Below are positions 58,048 to 64,000 of a stretch of DNA of 64,000 nucleotides, piece by piece. The notes beneath the pieces are model-generated. The model searched no databases. It was not told the DNA's origin and saw only the letters and a list, made by a program, of their open reading frames with translations. The stretch is from a virus (lineage: Duplodnaviria > Caudoviricetes), in IMG/VR virus record IMGVR_UViG_3300030055_000003; one strand, 5' to 3'. Positions within the stretch are counted from its first letter, which is position 1; the number at the start of each line of letters is the position of its first letter. Made by a program: the position numbers and the translations under genes.

Positions 58048-58597
58048 TATTTTCACTCTCCATTCTAAATATTTCATTGTAAATATTAACATTATCATTA
58101 CACGTAAATACATCTATAATTTTGCTCTCGCCATTACTAAATTTAACTCTCATTTGATTAAATTTAAAATCATAACCTTCATAAATTTCAATAGGTAATC
58201 CATACATTGTATTAGGATAACTTTTAAATTTAGTATTATCAATAGTAGGTATTTTCTCCAATAATACTTTTAATGCAAATGTCCCTATTTCTATTTTATT
58301 GGCTACTGGCGGTAATTGATTTAACTTTTCTGCCAATTTATCTAAATCATCTAATGTTATTGGTTTTGACATTGAAGTACAACTAGCAAACTTATTTTTT
58401 CCTGTAAGAATTGCTTTTGCTAATATATCTTTTATTTGTGATTCATTTAATTCTTCAGATTCAGTATTAAAATAATAATTAGGTTTATAACCTTTAAAGA
58501 AAGAATTAGTATATTCTTCATCATCGCCTAAAATATATTTATAAGCTTCTATTCTATCTTCTTTAGTTAATGCAATCTTATTTAAATCTTTATTCAT
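58040..58597 (-). CDS. Hypothetical protein
   Basis: ORF coupled to its neighbours. Confidence 0.6.
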   Translation of the reverse strand: MNKDLNKIALTKEDRIEAYKYILGDDEEYTNSFFKGYKPNYYFNTESEELNESQIKDILAKAILTGKNKFASCTSMSKPITLDDLDKLAEKLNQLPPVANKIEIGTFALKVLLEKIPTIDNTKFKSYPNTMYGLPIEIYEGYDFKFNQMRVKFSNGESKIIDVFTCNDNVNIYNEIFRMESENNE

Positions 58598-58791
58598 TAT
58601 TTATCAACTCCCTTAAAGTAACTGTATTCTTCAAATATTTTATCAGATTCTATTCTTTTACCATCTACAAATAATCCACCTTTTCCCTTTTCTACTTTTT
58701 CATATTTGAAATTACATTCTTTTAAAATATCTTCGAAATCTTCATCAGTTAAATTGTTAAATATACTTTTATATTTTTCATTATCATCCAT
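58597..58791 (-). CDS. Hypothetical protein
   Basis: RBS AAGGGGA. Confidence 0.55.
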   Translation of the reverse strand: MDDNEKYKSIFNNLTDEDFEDILKECNFKYEKVEKGKGGLFVDGKRIESDKIFEEYSYFKGVDK

Positions 58792-58898
58792 TTTTTACAT
58801 CCCCTTTAATTATATTATATTCTATTAATTTATTAACTCCTGTTAAAATCATGTTTTTATGTGGTTTTTAACCTAGTATTCATGCCATTTACAAGGTG

Positions 58899-59255
58899 CT
58901 ATTTTTGTATGTAATAATTATTAATTGTCACATTAGACTTACTTTCTTCTTTAACCACTTTTACATTGTCTAAATTTAATATCAAATCAATTGAATCTCT
59001 TATCTGTATTAAATCTTCTTCTTTTAAAAATGAAAGTTGTCCCATTTTATATTCGCCATCTACACCATCGTTTCTAATAACTAATGTAAAACTTCTATCT
59101 TGTACTGGAGACTTTGGATTAATTCTTTGTTCTGATATTATAATATTGCTCCTCGTTGTTCTCATTCTACCTAATGTTCCACTACACTTTCTGCTTAATT
59201 TAATCATTGGCTTTCCATTTTCTTTAATTTTAATTTCTCTTTCAAATTTATTCAT
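58899..59255 (-). CDS. Hypothetical protein
   Basis: RBS AAGGAGA. Confidence 0.6.
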   Translation of the reverse strand: MNKFEREIKIKENGKPMIKLSRKCSGTLGRMRTTRSNIIISEQRINPKSPVQDRSFTLVIRNDGVDGEYKMGQLSFLKEEDLIQIRDSIDLILNLDNVKVVKEESKSNVTINNYYIQK

Positions 59256-59279
59256 TTTAATAATCTCCTTTTTATTAAT

Positions 59280-59540
59280 TTATTTATCTTTTAACATATT
59301 TTTATAAATTGCTATACTTCTTTTACAACAATTAATATCACAATTCAAATCTTTAGAATTTCCATATTCATTATGACATTTTGCAACGTCCATTATTGTA
59401 TGAGGTTTTGAAAACATTTCTTTACTTCTTAGTAATGCAGTATTATATTGATTTTGTAATTCTTTAATTTCTCGTTCTAGTCTTTTTATATTTAATCTCA
59501 ATTCATCACTTGTATATTCAGGTTTTTTAAATAAAGCCAT
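59280..59540 (-). CDS. Hypothetical coiled-coil protein
   Basis: RBS AAGGAGG. Confidence 0.6.
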   Translation of the reverse strand: MALFKKPEYTSDELRLNIKRLEREIKELQNQYNTALLRSKEMFSKPHTIMDVAKCHNEYGNSKDLNCDINCCKRSIAIYKNMLKDK

Positions 59541-59597
59541 ATATAATTTCCTCCTTAAATAAAAATAAGATACAAGATTTTCTTATCCTATATCTTT

Positions 59598-59646
59598 ATT
59601 CTATATCTATTCAGTTTCAAAGTCAAGTTATTTCTATTAATTTGTT
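59598..59646 (-). promoter_or_regulatory. sigmaA promoter with upstream AACAAATTAATA box
   Basis: AACAAATTAATA-N8-TTGACT-N17-TAGAAT. Confidence 0.7.
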
Positions 59647-60170
59647 TTTAACTTATTTCTTAAATAATAGTAAAAGGTATTATAAATATATTTTCCACTA
59701 TGTTCTTTATCTGTAAAAAAGAATGGGCAATTATATTGTTCTTGAAAAGAATGTAATGAGCCAACAAAAGATTCTTTAGGAAAATCAGTTTTATATTTAC
59801 CATCACAGACATTAGAGTAATTAGTATCTTCTATTAATAACCTTAATGCTCCATTACTTCTTTCAAACTCCCTTTTAAACCTTTCTCTTCCTTGTGTAAA
59901 ATTGCCACTAATTTCTTCAGCATGAGCCTTTCGTTCAATAGCTATTTCGTCAGTAAAATATAAATCTTCAAGAATATCTAATGATTCATTCTGTGGTATC
60001 ATAAATGAATAATCCCCAAATGATAAAGTATAATCTATATAATTTATTTTATTAGATTTTAACCACATTTTAATGTGCGAGTTAACCTTTTCCCTGCTGT
60101 CTACTAATACAGTTATTGAGTTAAGAATTTGTTTTACTTCTTTATCTTTATATACTCTATTAAATTTCAT
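59637..60170 (-). CDS. ERCC4 (XPF/Mus81-like) structure-specific nuclease
   Basis: VLVDSRE...LSFGDY...IAIERK...RERFKREFER. Confidence 0.85.
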   Translation of the reverse strand: MKFNRVYKDKEVKQILNSITVLVDSREKVNSHIKMWLKSNKINYIDYTLSFGDYSFMIPQNESLDILEDLYFTDEIAIERKAHAEEISGNFTQGRERFKREFERSNGALRLLIEDTNYSNVCDGKYKTDFPKESFVGSLHSFQEQYNCPFFFTDKEHSGKYIYNTFYYYLRNKLKTN

Positions 60171-63100
60171 CTAGCACTTCCTCCATACTTGGTATTACTG
60201 AATAATTTGTAATATGCCACTCGATTTTATTCTCATCGATTTCAAACACTGGTTTTACATTACCCTTTTTATCAGTCTTTTCTCCAACCTTTTTCCATCC
60301 AAATTTCTTTTCCATAGAATGAATATAGATTACATCATTAACATTTAATTCACCATCATTATTCCATAACTTCTTATTAATTTTACATTTACATGTAACA
60401 CCATTATTTAAGCAGTATGTATTTACTATGGGAGTGTATTTAGTATTAATATCAGTAATCAAAGCATATCTTTTTTCGATTTTTTCATTTTTATAATCTA
60501 TATAACCTAAAATTTCGTTTTGGAAAGCAAGTTTTTCTTTAAAACTGATATCTGTATTAGGGATATTGACTACTTGATCTACTAATAATTTATAAGTATC
60601 AACTTCTTTAAATACCTTTTCTGTCTCTTTGTTTGCATACTTTCTAATTAAATCTATATTTTCATTGCTTAATTTGCTTTTGTTAAACTGTTTTTTGCCA
60701 TATAACTTATTATATAAATTAACTATAGTTAATAACTTTTGTGATTTGCCAAAGCAATCAAAATAATCTAATTTAATAAGTATTTCTAATTGACGTGAGT
60801 TGCAAGATGTATTTTCTTTAATATCTAATAATAAATCTAAAAAACTATTATACTTATTATTTTGAGATAATTCATATACCTCATCTGCCACCTTATTATT
60901 AAGATTTTTAATTGAGCCTACTCCTTTATATATACTATTTGTTTCCTTTGACATGAAATAACTAGCTTTCGCATAACCAAACTTAGGTGATGATATACTT
61001 ATTCCTTTACTATTAGCATATTTGATTATACTGATAGTCTTCTCTTCTTTATCTTTATTAATATTTAATGCTGTAGTTATAAATTCTAATGGATGATAAT
61101 ATCTTAGGTATCCAGCAATATATCCAATATATGTATATGGAACAGCATGATTTTCACTAAAAAGATAATCCGATGCGTCAGTTATTACTTGTATAAAATT
61201 TATAATTAATTTTTTAGATTCTTCTTCGTCTACATTGTATTTTTCTTTCATAGTTTTAATGAAACCACTTGTAATTTTAGGAATAAATTTTTCTGTACCT
61301 GTTTTCTTAGCAAATCCACGCCTTACAATATCAGCCTCACCCATTGTATATCCACAAAATTCATGTAAGAAATTCATAATTTGTTCCTGATATACTAAGT
61401 AACCCATTGTTGGTGCTAAAAATTTATTTAATGCTTCATGTCCATTATCCCTAAATTCACCATTAGATAATGCATTACGATAACTTGCACCAGCAGGTCT
61501 AATAGCACCATTTCCCATTGAAACTAAATCTACATATCTAAAATTTGGATTAAATTGTTTTATTTTATTTAATGTTTTTTCACTCAATAATGTTTTTATA
61601 AAAGCACCTGCACTATCTGATTCCCATTGAAATATCAAAGTATTATCTTTAGCCATTGATTGCCACACATCTTCTTCGTCTGGTGTATTTTCGGGTGTTA
61701 ATCTTTCTATATCAGCCAATTCACAAGTTTCATTTATTATTTGTATATTGTCTAACCCTAATAAATCTAACTTGACAAAGTTTTGTGCATCAATAGCCTT
61801 CATACTTATCATTGATACTGGATGTGAACAAGTTGATATGCTACATAATCCGACTGAACTATCTAATGGGATAGGGCTACAAATTTGACCACAAGGATGT
61901 GTCCCTATAGAAACTATAGTACCATTAATTATATCAACATATTCGAATACTTTTGGATATTCTTTCCTCATTTTATCTTCATTATCTTCTATATTTTCAC
62001 ATATATAATTAGAAATTTTTAAATAATCATCCATATAGTCATGAACTTTTTTACTAGTACTATCTGTTAAAGTCCCATACCCTTCAACATCTCTATTACT
62101 AGCTTCTTCCAATTCTTTAGGTAAATCTTTTTTATATATAGCTCTGCATACATCTCTGATACTACCTTTTAAAGCAACCGTATTAAATGTTATTATGTCT
62201 GCACAATATAAGTCTTTTTTACTATATATATAATTTTTTACTAGTTCTCTGTGATTTGGAGACCAATCTGTATCTATATCTGCTAAACTTACTCTTTCAG
62301 TATTCATAAATCTTTCAAAATTCATTTTATGTTTAATTGAATCTATATCAGTAATACCTATTAAATAAGCTATTTCACTTCCAGAACATGAACCTCTTGA
62401 ATACCCAGCAAATATATTATTACTTCTAGCCCATGTTTTAATGTTTTCATCTAATAATAAAAAGTCTACTGCACCATTATGTATGTATGTTTCTAACTCG
62501 TGTTGTATTCTAGGAATGTATTCAGTTTTATAATTAGGTAATTTATTTATTCCTTTTGATAATGTACCCTCATTGATTTTTTGTTTTAATACATCTAAAG
62601 AATTATCATATAATTTAGGATATTTATATGATTTATCAATTTTAAATTCTTCAACTCTATCATATAATCTATTAGTATTTTCTAAAGCTTCATATATTTC
62701 TTCGCCTGACATTATATTTTGCTTTTTAAATAATTCAACTAATTCGTCATATGATTTTAATGTTAAATCCCAACCGTCTTCATTATCGAAGAAAATGCCT
62801 TTTGATTTTTGTAATATTTCTCTACCTTTTGCATGTTTGCTGTTTAATGCGTGAGTATCAGTAGCTACAAGTAATGGAATATTATATTTTTTATGTAAAT
62901 CACAAAGATATTTATTATAAGAAATTTGATCTTTTACTAAGTGGTGCTGAATCTCTAAATAGCATCTATTTGAATTATCAACTAAAAATTCAATAAATCT
63001 ATCTTTTAATTTATCATTTCCTTTACTTAATATTCCACCTAAACACGCTGTACTAACTAATATTTTACTACTTGTACTTATTAACTCTTCAAATGTTATC

Positions 63101-63474
63101 CTTGGTGTATAGTAAAAATGTCCATCTTCTCTATTAAAAGCTTTTGAAACTAAACTATTTAATTCTTCAAATGATTCATAATCAGTAGCATATAAGCAAA
63201 CATGGTAATTATCTCTGATTTTTTCATCTAAAGACTCTGTAACATATGCTTCTATAGAGTGAACATATTTGAAGCCATTGTCTTCACATTCACATTTCTT
63301 TTTATACCATTCAAATGTTGAACCATGCTCTGTAAAACAAATTCCTTGTATCCCTAATGCTTTATCATTTTTAATTTGTTTTATGTAATCTGAATATTTT
63401 GTTACTGAATCTATATTAGTTATCCCATTACTATACATTGTGTGACAATGAGTTAATGTATATGTGTTACTCAT
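60160..63474 (-). CDS. dnaE: DNA polymerase III alpha subunit (family C, DnaE-type)
   Basis: PHP domain (HCHT, TEHG, TDTH), SRGS, LADIDTD, THPCG, KLDLLGL, FQWES, YQEQIM, C-terminal OB-like domain; no intein seen. Confidence 0.95.
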   Translation of the reverse strand: MSNTYTLTHCHTMYSNGITNIDSVTKYSDYIKQIKNDKALGIQGICFTEHGSTFEWYKKKCECEDNGFKYVHSIEAYVTESLDEKIRDNYHVCLYATDYESFEELNSLVSKAFNREDGHFYYTPRITFEELISTSSKILVSTACLGGILSKGNDKLKDRFIEFLVDNSNRCYLEIQHHLVKDQISYNKYLCDLHKKYNIPLLVATDTHALNSKHAKGREILQKSKGIFFDNEDGWDLTLKSYDELVELFKKQNIMSGEEIYEALENTNRLYDRVEEFKIDKSYKYPKLYDNSLDVLKQKINEGTLSKGINKLPNYKTEYIPRIQHELETYIHNGAVDFLLLDENIKTWARSNNIFAGYSRGSCSGSEIAYLIGITDIDSIKHKMNFERFMNTERVSLADIDTDWSPNHRELVKNYIYSKKDLYCADIITFNTVALKGSIRDVCRAIYKKDLPKELEEASNRDVEGYGTLTDSTSKKVHDYMDDYLKISNYICENIEDNEDKMRKEYPKVFEYVDIINGTIVSIGTHPCGQICSPIPLDSSVGLCSISTCSHPVSMISMKAIDAQNFVKLDLLGLDNIQIINETCELADIERLTPENTPDEEDVWQSMAKDNTLIFQWESDSAGAFIKTLLSEKTLNKIKQFNPNFRYVDLVSMGNGAIRPAGASYRNALSNGEFRDNGHEALNKFLAPTMGYLVYQEQIMNFLHEFCGYTMGEADIVRRGFAKKTGTEKFIPKITSGFIKTMKEKYNVDEEESKKLIINFIQVITDASDYLFSENHAVPYTYIGYIAGYLRYYHPLEFITTALNINKDKEEKTISIIKYANSKGISISSPKFGYAKASYFMSKETNSIYKGVGSIKNLNNKVADEVYELSQNNKYNSFLDLLLDIKENTSCNSRQLEILIKLDYFDCFGKSQKLLTIVNLYNKLYGKKQFNKSKLSNENIDLIRKYANKETEKVFKEVDTYKLLVDQVVNIPNTDISFKEKLAFQNEILGYIDYKNEKIEKRYALITDINTKYTPIVNTYCLNNGVTCKCKINKKLWNNDGELNVNDVIYIHSMEKKFGWKKVGEKTDKKGNVKPVFEIDENKIEWHITNYSVIPSMEEVLDEI

Positions 63475-64000
63475 TTATTTTCCTCCCTATCATTCATAAA
63501 GTTTATTATTTCTTCCCCATCTTTCAGCCTATATCTTTTAATTGCATAATGTATGTATTGATAATTAAAAGATAGAATATCACAAAAATCTTTTAACAAT
63601 ATATCATTGTTATTATAATTTATATAAAATCTAAATTGTTCTTGTTTTATTTTATCATTTTCTATTATTTTACATTTTATTATATCTAAATTATTTGGAA
63701 TAATAGATGTTATAATTTCATCTAATTTCCTTGATGATTTTGCCGTAAATCTCATATATCTTTTATCGCTATTTTCTACAATTCCATCTAAATCAAACCT
63801 ATTCTTCATAATATCTATAAAGTGATATCTATCCTTTAATGGTATATCAGCTAAACATATTTCCCAATTTGAATCACCTCTATAACCATCATCTAATGCA
63901 AATATACTTAATGAAAATTCATTGAGATTATCAATTAAATTACGTTTAGACATTTCTCTATATTGTATAAAACAATTATGTATTCTAGAAGATATTCTAT
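63471..64000 (-). CDS. LAGLIDADG homing endonuclease (3' part; frame open to the window edge)
   Basis: LNEFSLSIFALDDG motif; frame open upstream of ATG 63953 to position 64000; no intein C-terminal HN. Confidence 0.7.
   Translation of the reverse strand, partial: RISSRIHNCFIQYREMSKRNLIDNLNEFSLSIFALDDGYRGDSNWEICLADIPLKDRYHFIDIMKNRFDLDGIVENSDKRYMRFTAKSSRKLDEIITSIIPNNLDIIKCKIIENDKIKQEQFRFYINYNNNDILLKDFCDILSFNYQYIHYAIKRYRLKDGEEIINFMNDREENK

Larger units (their letters stand above)
1907..64000. mobile_element. Large SPbeta/c-st-like (pro)phage region, continuing beyond the right edge
   Basis: Tail fibre cluster, holin-like gene, tyrosine recombinases, phage replication/nucleotide genes (dnaE, ligA, topo II, nrdJ, thyX, dut), YopX, many homing endonucleases and dense small ORFs. 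Confidence 0.9.

Noticed and set aside
50-62854. Short antisense or alternative-frame ORFs in the track (e.g. 50-238, 354-542, 1508-1870, 7384-7734, 9613-9951, 23564-23746, 31540-32883, 46741-47595, 52818-53003, 62573-62854)
   Set aside because: They overlap well-supported genes or regulatory DNA, lack an RBS and have shadow-ORF composition.
60160-63474. Intein or intron in dnaE
   Set aside because: Continuous, normal-length ORF without splicing motifs; the neighbouring LAGLIDADG ORF ends before or overlaps the dnaE start.
1-64000. tRNA, rRNA or tmRNA genes
   Set aside because: No cloverleaf with T-loop GTTCRA and acceptor stem, and no rRNA-like segment was found by eye; tRNAscan-SE would be needed to exclude atypical ones.

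Overview
Very AT-rich, Clostridium-like DNA. The first ~450 bp is host chromosome: the 5' part of a FliK-like gene with a sigma28-type promoter, and a 3' stub of another gene. A complete IS3-family element (450-1906) follows, with no target-site duplication, and joins host DNA to the interior of a large SPbeta/c-st-like (pro)phage that fills the rest of the window. The + strand block (1.9-29 kb) carries homing-endonuclease-like genes, two Rep-like genes, seven consecutive tail-fibre/receptor-binding genes, two tyrosine recombinases (one with a dif-like site), a RusA-like resolvase and a holin-like gene. The - strand block (29-64 kb) is the early/replication region: ThyX, NAD-dependent ligase, an adenine MTase, dUTPase, class II ribonucleotide reductase split by a group I intron encoding a LAGLIDADG endonuclease, a 3D-domain protein, a sensor-less soluble chemoreceptor, type II topoisomerase A/B, an ERCC4 nuclease, DnaE and many small hypothetical genes. 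Highlights: a ~38-bp composite element at many early-gene boundaries, a phage-borne MCP signalling domain, a predicted type I toxin-antitoxin locus, an intron guide sequence encoded inside its own endonuclease ORF, a multi-hairpin RNA leader, terminase-like mini-genes and a topoisomerase lacking quinolone-binding residues. All family assignments come from motif recognition by eye; no database searches were run.
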